DNA of 64,000 nucleotides, taken from positions 3,541 through 67,540 of the IMG/VR virus record IMGVR_UViG_3300046691_000092; one strand, written 5' to 3'. The notes beneath the pieces were generated by a model. It saw only the letters and a program-made list of their open reading frames with translations, ran no database searches and was not told the DNA's origin. The DNA comes from a virus. The translations under genes and the position numbers were made by a program. Below are positions 9,792-19,672 of this stretch, one piece after another (position 1 is the stretch's first letter; every line of letters starts with the position of its first letter).

Positions 9792-12271
9792 GCCGCGTAT
9801 CCCTGTGCAATCATGAAAGCCTGTGCCGAAAGGTCCGGGCTTTCTTTCATTTCGCGCTTGATCCAGATCGTCGGGCGGACCGCGCCTTCGGCCATGATCA
9901 GAACCGGCGAGCGACCCCATTCCATGAAGCCGAGCGATTCAAGCGCCATCTTCCGGCGCGTGCGGTTCGTGCGGAGCCGCTTTTGCTCTTCCAGCTTGGT
10001 CAGGGCGACGGATGACAGCCAGCCGCCCCGGAAGCCCTCGCGGCCCTCGCTGATCGCTTCCATGACTTCTTGTTCGTAGTTGCCCATAGACGCGCCGATT
10101 GCTTCACGCGTGCTTGACGTGTCAGGGGCGCGAGCCCGCGCCGCGCCGGTGCCGATCGGGTTGAACTCCGGGTTCAGTTCACGGGTTTGAAGGTAATGCG
10201 TCATGTGAGCAAAGCCGCCGTTGCGAAGCCAGTCCCACAGTTCCGGGAAGTACCCGACCGGAAAGTCACGGTGCACGTCGTCGGCGGACTGTTGGGCGGT
10301 GAAGAACGGCGCATAGCGGCGCGTCCCGGCATCGATCGGAAGGGAATTCTTGAAGTTTGAAAGAATGATCCAATTCGACTTGTTCGGACGCATAGCTTTC
10401 TTGCCGCCCTTGGCCTGCATTTCAACAATGTCCGACGTGACCCACGTTTTCAGATTGTTTTCGACTTCATACCGGCCTTCAAGGGTCAGTTCTTCGACAA
10501 TGATCAGGATGCGATTTTCAAGCCAGTCGTTGAACTTGTTCGCGATGTCGTCACTGAAAGGCTCGTGGACATATTTCGGACCGACCGCCATTTTCAACAT
10601 TGCGCCGATCATGGATTTACCGTTGCCTTGCGCGCCCTGAATGAACGGTGCCCATTGGAACTTTACGCCGGGGTTCTGAACTACCGCCGCGAGATAGGTC
10701 CAGATGATTTCACGATCGCGGGCGTCCGGGAACAGCTTTTCGAAGTGGTGCAGCATCGGCGACACGTCGCCCGGTACGGACCGAACAATCGGGTCGGGCA
10801 TGTAAACGTTGACCATGCGATTTTCGATGTGACCGAACGGCAATTGCGGCTCAAACATTGTCGTTTCGACCTTCGGGAACTGATAGGCGCGGTTCTCGGT
10901 GAAGGCTTCAAACGCGTTCTTCGTCGGGCCGGTCATGTCGGCGGACATAATGAACGTGTGTCCGCCATACATGGACTTGAAGACTTCGGGTTTCATGAGC
11001 GTCCCCGACGGCGTCAACATTTGGTGAAGGCTGGCGACGTACACGCACCCTTTGAACTTTTCAATCTGATCTTGGATCAGCATTAGTTCTTGCGGCGTGC
11101 CGAGCAATTCCCCGTCAACCGCGACGCCCTGCATTCCGACGGGTAACGCGCCGGTGCCGGGAAGGCCGGGAAGCCCCGTGCCCGGTAGCGCCATTCCAGC
11201 CGGGGCGGCGGTGACGCGCGGTTCTTTCACCACGTTGTAGAACGACGACGAACCCTTCAGCGCCTTGCCGATTGTGATCGACCGATACGAATCGCGAAGC
11301 CACTTGTCGCGCTTGCCGAGCGCCGACATTCCGAACAGCCGTTCCATGCGCCGCGCGTCGCGCCCGGTGTAGAACGCCAGATGCGCGAGCAATGCAAGGT
11401 CGGCTTCGGACGCGCCGTATTCGTCGGAGTCGGACGGGAAAAACTTCTTCAGCGCTTCGACGTCACCGTTCCACAGATCGGAGAACGACGCCTTGTTGCC
11501 GAACATCGTTTGCGCACCGCCCCGGCTGGAAAGCATGAGCCGTATCAACGAAGCGTCATCAGCCGGGCCGGTGTATCCTTCGCACGGACCATCCGGCAAT
11601 TCTTCGATATGACTTTCAGCAACCGGTGACGCCGGGAAGGCGGCTAGCAACGCCGTGGGCGCGTAAAACGCACCGTTGAAGGGTTGGGATAGCCCGGACG
11701 TCGCCGGAACGCGCCCTAGTGCCCGCTTCTTGGCGTCAGGGTGGTTGATCGTGCCGGGAAGGCGCAACAGGCGGTCAACGTTCCAACAGTGATCGGCGTT
11801 GAACCGGTCGGCAATGCCCCGATTGATCTGTTCGACGGTTGCGACGTCCGTTTGTTCGTTCAGCCACCATAGCGCTTGCCAACCGTTGCCGCTGTCGATG
11901 ATCACGGACGGCGCACCGCGCGCAATCAGATCGTCATAGGCGGCTTGCTTGTCCCACACCGCGACGCCCTTCGGCGGGTCAATGTCGACATGCGCGCAAC
12001 GAATGCCCACGATATCGGTTTTCTTCGGCTTGTTCTTGCTGAAGCCGGGCGGGACAATATTGACCGTCCAGTAAACGTTGCGACCCTTGGCGTTTTCCGC
12101 CTGAACCCAATTCGAAGCGGATTGCCAGTCATTCGCGAACCACGCGCCGGATACGGCGTGCGCCGGGTCGAATGCGTCCGGAGTGATCGCGACAACATGA
12201 ATTGAGTTAGACGGCGCGAGATAGTCGCGAAGAAACGTTTCAAGCTGACCAGTCACGAATATATCTTTCAT
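9788..12271 (-). CDS. primase-helicase (RepB/AEP-like primase, PriCT-like region, SF3/D5-like helicase)
   Basis: AHVDID, SGNGWQALW, RLLRLPGT primase motifs; SEADLAL; GAQGNGKS Walker A, IIVEEL Walker B. Confidence 0.85.
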   Translation of the reverse strand: MKDIFVTGQLETFLRDYLAPSNSIHVVAITPDAFDPAHAVSGAWFANDWQSASNWVQAENAKGRNVYWTVNIVPPGFSKNKPKKTDIVGIRCAHVDIDPPKGVAVWDKQAAYDDLIARGAPSVIIDSGNGWQALWWLNEQTDVATVEQINRGIADRFNADHCWNVDRLLRLPGTINHPDAKKRALGRVPATSGLSQPFNGAFYAPTALLAAFPASPVAESHIEELPDGPCEGYTGPADDASLIRLMLSSRGGAQTMFGNKASFSDLWNGDVEALKKFFPSDSDEYGASEADLALLAHLAFYTGRDARRMERLFGMSALGKRDKWLRDSYRSITIGKALKGSSSFYNVVKEPRVTAAPAGMALPGTGLPGLPGTGALPVGMQGVAVDGELLGTPQELMLIQDQIEKFKGCVYVASLHQMLTPSGTLMKPEVFKSMYGGHTFIMSADMTGPTKNAFEAFTENRAYQFPKVETTMFEPQLPFGHIENRMVNVYMPDPIVRSVPGDVSPMLHHFEKLFPDARDREIIWTYLAAVVQNPGVKFQWAPFIQGAQGNGKSMIGAMLKMAVGPKYVHEPFSDDIANKFNDWLENRILIIVEELTLEGRYEVENNLKTWVTSDIVEMQAKGGKKAMRPNKSNWIILSNFKNSLPIDAGTRRYAPFFTAQQSADDVHRDFPVGYFPELWDWLRNGGFAHMTHYLQTRELNPEFNPIGTGAARARAPDTSSTREAIGASMGNYEQEVMEAISEGREGFRGGWLSSVALTKLEEQKRLRTNRTRRKMALESLGFMEWGRSPVLIMAEGAVRPTIWIKREMKESPDLSAQAFMIAQGYAA

Positions 12272-12752
12272 AGTCCGACGTCGAACATGCAAACCCGGCG
12301 ATACCGCCAAGGGAAGCAACGTGAGTCAGGCAAGTCATCTGTGCGCGTTCGCGCGTATTCGAAGGCCGGTTCAGGTCGCGCGGGTTCCAATCGGGCTTTT
12401 TCGCTTCGATCATCGTAAAGACGCCGAAGGTTCGCCCGATGTGGTGTGGCTGGACAACGACCCGCGTCACGCCGACATAGTCGCCGGATCGCCAGTCTTT
12501 CCACCATGACGCCGAATCGTTGCCGAGCCCGTAACGAACAGGGCGTTCGGTTTCGTCCGTGGGGGTGGTCGCGCCCGCATTGTTGCGCCACAGTGCGCCA
12601 TGCCCGACGGCGGCAAGACGAAGTTCCGAGCCGACCCGCGATTCGGAACCCTGTTCGTTCTTTCGGACGTCGGGCGGTGTGAGATTGGCGCACCAATCCG
12701 CAACCGCTTCGGCGGGTATTTGCCACTTTGCCGCCCATTCATGGAACATCAT
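12240..12752 (-). CDS. VRR-NUC domain nuclease (Holliday junction resolvase-like)
   Basis: LWRNNAG...YGLG...SGDYVG...IEAKK...Q...GGIAGF. Confidence 0.8.
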   Translation of the reverse strand: MMFHEWAAKWQIPAEAVADWCANLTPPDVRKNEQGSESRVGSELRLAAVGHGALWRNNAGATTPTDETERPVRYGLGNDSASWWKDWRSGDYVGVTRVVVQPHHIGRTFGVFTMIEAKKPDWNPRDLNRPSNTRERAQMTCLTHVASLGGIAGFACSTSDYERYIRDWSA

Positions 12753-12756
12753 GCGG

Positions 12757-12948
12757 TCAGATACCCGCGACGTATGCGGTCAGGAGCGAAAGAACACCAA
12801 AGACGGCGAACATGTAAAGACGAAGGACGGCAGCAAGAACGCCAAGACAGGTACGCCGGAAAGCGCCGATCAGCGACGCGAAAGAGATAACGGCGAAAAG
12901 GATTGTCAGCGCATAGCCGATAACGTGGACTAGCATGATGGGGAACAA
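12757..12948 (-). CDS. small membrane protein
   Basis: Two hydrophobic stretches; AACGGAG RBS. Confidence 0.5.
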   Translation of the reverse strand: MFPIMLVHVIGYALTILFAVISFASLIGAFRRTCLGVLAAVLRLYMFAVFGVLSLLTAYVAGI

Positions 12949-12973
12949 GCTCCGTTGTTAAGCGTTGGATACG

Positions 12974-14686
12974 TCAAGCGGCGACAGGTGTCAACCGCCG
13001 TTGCATGTGTTCACGCACCTTCGTTTCAAGCGCGTCGACTTCGGGCCGGGAATCGATCGATTGCGCCGACATGACGTCAACCCCGAATGTCAGGAAGAAC
13101 CGCCGATACAGTTCCGAATCACTTTCACGGTGAACGTCGCGCCCGACACCCGCCCAAAGCTTTATCGCTTCGGCAAGTTTCCCGTGTGATTCGAGTAGTT
13201 CCCGACGGCGCTTCTTGATCGAATTGACCACGACTTCAGACGCGCCGAGTGGGACGGCGGCGGGTACATCGTGAAGCTTGCGAATCTGACCGTGAAGCCG
13301 GGCCATCAGTTCGTCAGAGAATTCCACAAGATCGCCGTCGACCATGTCAGGCAGTGACCGACCGACCGGTTCCGGCTTGTGTCCGCAATGACTGCATTTC
13401 GTCAGGTTGCGGGGGTAGGGGTTTTTGCACCCCTTGCAGTTCGTCAGCGGAATTTCGTCATCTTTTTCCCGCGTCTTCTTGCCCTTTTCTTCGTTCATCA
13501 GATACCACTTGCGCGGGCTCGCGGGCATGTGGTGCGTTATCCAGTTGTTGACGTGGTCGATGATGACGCCTTTCGGCTTCGGCCCGGCAGCAATCGCAGC
13601 GAGTCGGCCTTCTTGCGTGTTCAGGTCAAACCCCGGAGCGTAAACCGGCCTGATCTGTCGTCCGGCTTGCTGCCTGAACTTGCCGAGCGACATTGTCGGT
13701 CGACCCATCGAAACGACGTCCACGCCGGGGATATCAAGCCCTTCATCGAACAGGTCGACGTTGACAAGCTGAAGCAAGCGCCGTTCGGCGAACTTGTCCA
13801 TTAACCCCATACGGATGTTGTCGGGCGTCTTGCCGTTAACTGCCGCTGCCGGAACGCCGCGACGGTTGAATTCCGCCGCTACCTCAATCGCCGTTTCGAC
13901 GTCGACAACGAAGGTAATCCCGGCAAGCCCCGGCGCATTGTCGAGATAGGTTTGCACGATATCGCCGACGATCTTCGACTCGCGCGACTTGCGCCGGGCG
14001 GCGTCAAGCTTGAATTCGCCGGTCGATTCGCTGATATCTTCCGCCGTCATGTGGATTGACGGATTTTCCGCTATGTATCGGTAGTTCGACAGATAGCCTT
14101 GTTCGATCATCCAAGCCGGTGACGGTCCTTCAATCATTTCGTGGAACACGCCGCCCTGAACCGCCGCGAGTGACCGACGATCACACCGGAGCGGCGTCGC
14201 CGTCGCACCAAGGCCAAGCGCGTCCGGAACCTCTGCCGGTATCTTGCCGAACTGATTGTTTGCAAGGAAGTGGTGTGCTTCGTCGCCGACCCAAAGGCGA
14301 ATCGATTTGATCCACTGTTCAAGTTCCTTGAAGCGTTGCACGAGCGTTTGAATGGACGCGACGCCGACCGGGCTTTGCTGATGCACGAACGACTTGCCGA
14401 ACTTCTTCACGTGCCGCGCGACGCAAAGTCGATAGGTCGATTCGGACCCGATAACGCGGTGCACGATTCCGAGCAACGCCAGCGATTCGGACAATTGCGC
14501 GACAAGCTCGCCGCGATGCACGGTCAAGCATGTCGGAACGCCCATGTCTTGGATGATTGACGCGATCGTGATCGTCTTACCCGATCCGGTCGGCAGCACG
14601 GCAAGAACGTTTCGATTCCCGGCATTCCAAGCGTTAAAGATTTTCTGTTTCGTCTCGATTTGGTAGGATCGAAGATTGACTGTCAT
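12974..14686 (-). CDS. SF2 DEAH-box DNA helicase with C-terminal Zn finger
   Basis: LRSYQ, PTGSGKT, DEAHH, TATP, EGLDIP, QQAGR, CKGC..CSHC. Confidence 0.9.
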   Translation of the reverse strand: MTVNLRSYQIETKQKIFNAWNAGNRNVLAVLPTGSGKTITIASIIQDMGVPTCLTVHRGELVAQLSESLALLGIVHRVIGSESTYRLCVARHVKKFGKSFVHQQSPVGVASIQTLVQRFKELEQWIKSIRLWVGDEAHHFLANNQFGKIPAEVPDALGLGATATPLRCDRRSLAAVQGGVFHEMIEGPSPAWMIEQGYLSNYRYIAENPSIHMTAEDISESTGEFKLDAARRKSRESKIVGDIVQTYLDNAPGLAGITFVVDVETAIEVAAEFNRRGVPAAAVNGKTPDNIRMGLMDKFAERRLLQLVNVDLFDEGLDIPGVDVVSMGRPTMSLGKFRQQAGRQIRPVYAPGFDLNTQEGRLAAIAAGPKPKGVIIDHVNNWITHHMPASPRKWYLMNEEKGKKTREKDDEIPLTNCKGCKNPYPRNLTKCSHCGHKPEPVGRSLPDMVDGDLVEFSDELMARLHGQIRKLHDVPAAVPLGASEVVVNSIKKRRRELLESHGKLAEAIKLWAGVGRDVHRESDSELYRRFFLTFGVDVMSAQSIDSRPEVDALETKVREHMQRRLTPVAA

Positions 14687-14871
14687 TATTTACAGATCGC
14701 CTTGAAGATCAGGAATTGCGCATACGAAAACAGCGACGCGAACCACCATGTCGGGGTGTCAAGCGGGAAGTCCCACATGTAGCGCGCCGCGAAATAAGTC
14801 GCGGCGCAAATGGCGGACGCGACGACAAACCTTCCGATTGCTTCCATGATCAAGCCGCCCACGCCGCGCAT
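14686..14871 (-). CDS. small membrane protein
   Basis: Hydrophobic ORF filling the gap between exonuclease and helicase. Confidence 0.5.
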   Translation of the reverse strand: MRGVGGLIMEAIGRFVVASAICAATYFAARYMWDFPLDTPTWWFASLFSYAQFLIFKAICK

Positions 14872-15371
14872 ACGATTCGCGCTTGGTGTTTCGCGTCGTC
14901 CAACGCGTAATGTTCGACGCCCTTGAACGGAATGGACTTGTCGTCAAAGCCGGTCCAACGAATCACCGTGCGCACACAAAGCGGTTGCCGATGGGTCCAC
15001 GGGACCGGCTGACCGACCATTTGATACGCGCGTTCCGTCAGCGCACAATCGAACGCGGGCGGCTTGGCAAAGATGTTCTTGGATTCCGCAACCCGGCACC
15101 ATTTGCCGAATTCTTCCAACGCGTCAGCAAGCGGTTTCTGATCAGCCTTCAGGTATTTCCGCGCTTCGTCGCGCTCCGGATCGGCCCACCATTTAATAGT
15201 GTCCGCATCCGTGGTCATCCCCTGCAAAATAGACGATAGCGGGTCGATATTGACATAGAATTCATCGTAAAACGTGCCGCTTTTCAGATCGAAACGCACC
15301 GCGCCAATAGATAGCACGACCGCGCCGACCGACGTTCCGAGTGTTTCAATATCAAGGCTGATATCCGACAT
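14850..15371 (-). CDS. DEDDh 3'-5' exonuclease
   Basis: SLDIETLG, AFD, HYALDDA. Confidence 0.85.
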   Translation of the reverse strand: MSDISLDIETLGTSVGAVVLSIGAVRFDLKSGTFYDEFYVNIDPLSSILQGMTTDADTIKWWADPERDEARKYLKADQKPLADALEEFGKWCRVAESKNIFAKPPAFDCALTERAYQMVGQPVPWTHRQPLCVRTVIRWTGFDDKSIPFKGVEHYALDDAKHQARIVCAAWAA

Positions 15372-15461
15372 GCAATTTTCTCCGGGGTGTGTTGACAGGT
15401 GGCTTCAATGCGACTAAACCCCGTCCTTGTCAACAGGCAACAAACGGAGATATTGCCAATC

Positions 15462-16136
15462 ATGACCACCCGCAAATTTACGGTTACGTTCGACGTTTCC
15501 GACTCGGAATTCGAAAACTTCATGGTTCGCCTTGGTGGCGGTGCCGTGCTGAACAAGGAAATTCCGCGCAATACGACGGTCACTTCTGAGGAAGTCGGCG
15601 ACGGCGACGAAGGTGAAGCGATCACCGGCACTACCGACAAGTTCGGCGTGACATGGGACGCCCGTTATCATAGCACCACGAAGAACACGAACAAGGATGG
15701 CTCTTGGAAGCGTGTCAAGGGTCTTTCCGACGCCGCCAAGGCTGAAGCCGACGTCTATGAAGCTGCACAGAAGGCCGCTGCCGTCACTGTTGCCGCTCCT
15801 GTGGTTCCCCTCACACTTCCGGTTGCCGAGACTGCCCCGGTCGTCGCTGAAACCGTCGCCGCCCCGGTCGTCGGCCTTCCCACCGGCCTTCCGACAGGTG
15901 CCGCCCCGATCGGCCTTCCGATGCCCGTCGCACCGGTAACACCGCCGCCTGTCACGTACGAAGAAGTCGTCGCCAAGTATCAGGCCGTTGCCGCCGTCAA
16001 CCCCGGTGCCGTCGCCGACTATGTGGCGCTGTATGCATCCGTCGGTATCACCGACCCGAACGCCCTTCAGACTGACGAAACGCTTCGCCGCAAGCTGTTC
16101 GACAAGCTGACCGAACTGACCCCGGTCGCCGCCTAA
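15462..16136 (+). CDS. conserved phage replication-region protein with Pro/Ala-rich linker
   Basis: AACGGAG RBS; DKFGVTWDARYHS...DGSWKR motif; biased codon use. Confidence 0.7.
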   Translation: MTTRKFTVTFDVSDSEFENFMVRLGGGAVLNKEIPRNTTVTSEEVGDGDEGEAITGTTDKFGVTWDARYHSTTKNTNKDGSWKRVKGLSDAAKAEADVYEAAQKAAAVTVAAPVVPLTLPVAETAPVVAETVAAPVVGLPTGLPTGAAPIGLPMPVAPVTPPPVTYEEVVAKYQAVAAVNPGAVADYVALYASVGITDPNALQTDETLRRKLFDKLTELTPVAA

Positions 16137-16168
16137 ACTGCCGGGCGGGTGAATAGCCCGCCTAACGT

Positions 16169-16243
16169 TGGGGAATAGCCAAGCGGTAAGGCTACGGTTT
16201 TTGGTGCCGTCATTCCTTGGTTCGAATCCAAGTTCCCCAACCA
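16169..16243 (+). tRNA. tRNA-Gln(UUG)
   Basis: Acceptor TGGGGAA/TTCCCCA, D-arm AGCCAAGCGGTAAGGCT, anticodon stem ACGGT/GCCGT with TTG at 16201-16203, GTTCGAATC T-loop, encoded CCA. Confidence 0.95.
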
Positions 16244-16264
16244 CATTCTTTCCCGGAGATACCT

Positions 16265-17356
16265 TTGGCCTACAATCTTCGACCGTCAGCGTCCGGGATA
16301 TGGACGAAGTGCGCGGCAAACCCGCGAATATCAGCGAACGTCAAGCGCGAGCCCGTGACGTCGGACGCGGCCCGTGAAGGCACTTGCGCGGCATGGGTTG
16401 CCGAATGCGTCCTGAAGGGTCAGTTCGCCACGTGCGCCGATATGCTTAACCATGTCCACCCGAACGGATGGGTCGTTGACGATTTCATGACCTATTACAT
16501 TCAAGGGTACGTCGACAAAGTCCGGTCGCGCGGCGGCACGATCAACGCTGAAATGTTCGTTCGTCTGTCGGACACGATCGCCGGAACATATGATTCATCC
16601 GTTGTGTCGTCTGATGCGGAAACGCTGTTCGGCGACGACCTGAAATATGGCTTCGGTATTGTGGACGTCTATGAATGCACGCAACTTATCATTTATCTTT
16701 ACGGCGAATATTTGCGACTCGGTCGCCCGGCTTCGATCAAGCGCGCCACGTTGGGCATTTATCAGCCGCGCGCCTATCATCCGGAAGGCATTCACCGGAC
16801 ATGGACGATCAGTATTCAGGAGCTATATGAACGCGCCTTGGCGATCGTTCAGGCCGGGGCGAAGTGTCAAGAACCGGACGCCGTAGCGACGCCGGGCGGA
16901 CACTGTACCTATTGCAAAGGCGCGCTGGAATGCGCTTCGTCGGCGTGGACGCTTTACAAGGGCTTCGAAGTCATCGAACGCAGCGAACAGGGTGAAATGT
17001 CGGCGGAAGAACTCGCGAACGAAGCGAACTTCTTGAAGCTCATGGACACCATGTTGAAGGGTCGGAAAGCCGCGATCGAAGCGGAGCTTGAAGCCCGTTT
17101 GTCGCAAGACGAATACGTTCGCGGTTGGGGTCTTGAAGATCGTACCGGAAACCGCAAATTTACGGTTGACCCGGTCACGGTGCATCTGTTAACAGGTGTC
17201 AACCCTTTCAAACAAGAGGTTATGTCACCCGCCGAACTGGAAAAGGCCGGTGCGAACAAAAACGTCGTCAAGACAATCACACGCGTCCCGAAGATCGGGA
17301 CGAAGTTGAAACAAACCACAGATAGAGACTTTGGGAGAATGCTTCGTGAACGTTAA
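16265..17356 (+). CDS. DUF2800-type PD-(D/E)XK (Cas4-like) exonuclease
   Basis: RPSASGIW..C, EGTCA, GTYD, DLKYGFG, QLIIY, HCTYC; TTG start after GGAG. Confidence 0.8.
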   Translation: MAYNLRPSASGIWTKCAANPRISANVKREPVTSDAAREGTCAAWVAECVLKGQFATCADMLNHVHPNGWVVDDFMTYYIQGYVDKVRSRGGTINAEMFVRLSDTIAGTYDSSVVSSDAETLFGDDLKYGFGIVDVYECTQLIIYLYGEYLRLGRPASIKRATLGIYQPRAYHPEGIHRTWTISIQELYERALAIVQAGAKCQEPDAVATPGGHCTYCKGALECASSAWTLYKGFEVIERSEQGEMSAEELANEANFLKLMDTMLKGRKAAIEAELEARLSQDEYVRGWGLEDRTGNRKFTVDPVTVHLLTGVNPFKQEVMSPAELEKAGANKNVVKTITRVPKIGTKLKQTTDRDFGRMLRER

Positions 17357-17789
17357 ATCGTGGATCGAATCCGTCCGTGACGGCAAAGTTTTCACTCATG
17401 CGCTTGCCATTGTCGGCCCGCGCGGATCAGGCAAAGGCGTGGCGGTCAAGTTGCTGGAAACGGCATTTCCGTTCATACAATCAATCACCGTCAACGCTTC
17501 GCATTTCGGCGCAAACGGCCTATTCGACCCGCTCGCAATTGCCGTCACGGAAACCGATCTTGTGACCGTGGACGAAGTATTTACGAACGGCCAACTTGAC
17601 GCGGTCAAGAATATCATATCAGAAAGGTTTATCCGGGTTCAGATTCGTGGCAAGGGTGAAGAAGTTCGCACGCCGAAAGCTAACCTGATCGTGACGGCAC
17701 AATACTTCCCGGTCGATACCGATCGGCGTTTCATCGTGACGACGCCGATCGAACTTATCGCTAACCTTATCCCTTTCCTTGCCCGATAA
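17346..17789 (+). CDS. small P-loop NTPase (SF3/AAA+-like)
   Basis: GPRGSGKG Walker A, VTVDEV Walker B, DRRF. Confidence 0.65.
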   Translation: MNVKSWIESVRDGKVFTHALAIVGPRGSGKGVAVKLLETAFPFIQSITVNASHFGANGLFDPLAIAVTETDLVTVDEVFTNGQLDAVKNIISERFIRVQIRGKGEEVRTPKANLIVTAQYFPVDTDRRFIVTTPIELIANLIPFLAR

Positions 17790-17841
17790 CGCGAGAAACG
17801 CGCAAGGTAGCTATTCACTCGCAACAGGAGCATAAACGCGC

Positions 17842-18765
17842 ATGGCGCAAGAATCTATCCACCTTCTTTCTCCGCTTGGTCGTCTTGTTCGCGGTTCGAT
17901 GACGGAACGCCAGACGACCGACTATGACGGCAACCCGTACGAAGACGGCAAGGGTCCGTTTGAACTCGGTTTTGCCGTTCCGAAGGCTGACCCGAAAGTC
18001 GGCGAATTGCTTGTCAAGATTTTCGGTCACGCAAAGGCCGGTTACGCGAGCAAGCCGCACATCGTCCAGAAAATGGAAATCGAGTGGAATTCGGGCTTCA
18101 ACGCCGGTTCGTTCCGCTTCAAGGTCCGCGACGGCGACAAGCCGAACAAGGAAGGTCGCATCAACGAAAACACCATCGGCCATTGGGTGTTTAACCTGTC
18201 GTCGTATCTGCCGTTCAAGACGACCTATGTCACGAACTACGGCTTGCCGAAGTTCAAGAATGCACAGGGCGTTGATATCGAACCGAACACCGAAATTCCG
18301 CCGTCGCTGATCAAGATCGGCGACTATGCACACGTGAACATCGGAACGAAGGTCAACGACAAGGAAGACCACACGGCGGGGATGTTCATGAACATCAATG
18401 CCGTCATCCTCGCCGCGAACGGTCCGGCCATCACTGGCGGCATTGACCTTAAGACCGCCACGAGCGGCATTGAAGGCATGATCGGTCAGCTTCCGCCCGG
18501 CGCATCTGTCGCCCCGGTTGCTGCCGCGTCCGGCCTTCCCGCCCAAACGTCGGCACCGGTACAGTCCACGGGTTTGCCGGGTCCGGGCGGCGCTGCACCC
18601 GTTGCGGGTTCGACCGGCCTTCCGGGTCCGGGCGGTGCGCCGACGGGCGTTCCGGGTGGCTTGCCGACTGCATCCCCTTCTAACGTCGCCCCGCATGAAA
18701 CGTTCCTTCAGGGTCCGGGTGGCGGCGCGGCACCGGGTGGCGTTGGTCTTCCGCTTCCGGCCTGA
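17842..18765 (+). CDS. probable ssDNA-binding protein (DUF2815-like) with Gly/Pro-rich tail
   Basis: Position between DUF2800 and polymerase; GRLV.GS and K.RDGD motifs; AGGAG RBS. Confidence 0.6.
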   Translation: MAQESIHLLSPLGRLVRGSMTERQTTDYDGNPYEDGKGPFELGFAVPKADPKVGELLVKIFGHAKAGYASKPHIVQKMEIEWNSGFNAGSFRFKVRDGDKPNKEGRINENTIGHWVFNLSSYLPFKTTYVTNYGLPKFKNAQGVDIEPNTEIPPSLIKIGDYAHVNIGTKVNDKEDHTAGMFMNINAVILAANGPAITGGIDLKTATSGIEGMIGQLPPGASVAPVAAASGLPAQTSAPVQSTGLPGPGGAAPVAGSTGLPGPGGAPTGVPGGLPTASPSNVAPHETFLQGPGGGAAPGGVGLPLPA

Positions 18766-18946
18766 TCATGAACGATCTTTTCGCCCCGATAGAATGGTTG
18801 CCGCTTTACACGGTCCTGAACTGTTGGGGCGAAATCATCACACGCGAAGCCTTGTGGGTCCGGAGAAATGGCCCATATTCGGCGGTTTTCATCATTCGCG
18901 GACGTCCGGAATGGACCGTTCCCGATGGCCTTTGGAGAAAGAACAC

Positions 18947-19504
18947 ATGAGGGATTTTGAAGCGTTTGCGGCGGATGTTCATTGCCGCAATGCAAAGTGG
19001 TGGTTCGACAAGGACGGCGTGCCGGTTGCTCGTGACTACGGAGAACTGCTCATGCTCGCCGTTTCGGAACTTGCCGAAGCGATGGAAGGCGTGCGCAAGT
19101 CAAAGCCCGGCGCACCACTCATGGACGACAAGCTTCCGTCACGTCCAATGGAAGAAGTCGAGATTGCCGATACGGTCATTCGCCTGACTGATTCGTCGGT
19201 CGGCCTGAAGACCGGTCTTTATCCCGCCCTGATCACCATTCGAAGCGGCATGGAACGCCCGACGAAGGCCGCAAACCTTTTGACGATCGTCAAGACGATC
19301 TGCCTTCTTGACGACGCAATCGCGGACGGCGATGATCAGGGCGCGCGACACTACCTTTCAACGGCCATTGCGTATTGCTACGATTACGCCGAGCAATACG
19401 GGCTGGACCTTGATGGTGCGATTGACGCGAAAATGGCGTACAACGACAACCGCAAGGACCACACCCACGAAGCGCGCGCCGCCGTCGGCGGGAAGTCGTT
19501 CTAA
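18947..19504 (+). CDS. MazG-like nucleotide pyrophosphohydrolase
   Basis: SELAEAMEG.RK...EEVEIADTVIR...DLDGAIDAKMAYN..R. Confidence 0.8.
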   Translation: MRDFEAFAADVHCRNAKWWFDKDGVPVARDYGELLMLAVSELAEAMEGVRKSKPGAPLMDDKLPSRPMEEVEIADTVIRLTDSSVGLKTGLYPALITIRSGMERPTKAANLLTIVKTICLLDDAIADGDDQGARHYLSTAIAYCYDYAEQYGLDLDGAIDAKMAYNDNRKDHTHEARAAVGGKSF

Positions 19505-19672
19505 TGGCGATCCGCATCAGATGGGGCGAAACGCCATGGTGGCTTCGAATCGTAGGGCTTTCGCCCTACCGCCGCCGTGTGGTCATTCCGCACGACACCG
19601 ACCCGTTGCAATCAACCGTTCGTTGGGAATATTGGAACCCGACGATTCACGGCCAAATTCTCCGGTTCTGAC

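Noticed and set aside
15440-15452. Recurrent AACGGAG as a CsrA/Rsm binding site
   Set aside because: The copies I checked lie at Shine-Dalgarno distance from start codons, so a preferred RBS is sufficient
16169-16243. tRNA as prophage attachment site
   Set aside because: No integrase, no duplicated tRNA 3' end and no host genes in the window
16265-17356. Cas4-like protein as part of a CRISPR system
   Set aside because: It sits in the usual DUF2800-SSB-polymerase phage replication context
15414-18696. Long minus-strand ORFs 15414..16319 and 17815..18696
   Set aside because: Antisense shadows of well-supported plus-strand genes in GC-rich DNA
18518-18946. N-terminal extension of the MazG-like ORF
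   Set aside because: Overlaps the SSB-like gene in another frame; GGAG-preceded ATG 18947 is the likely start
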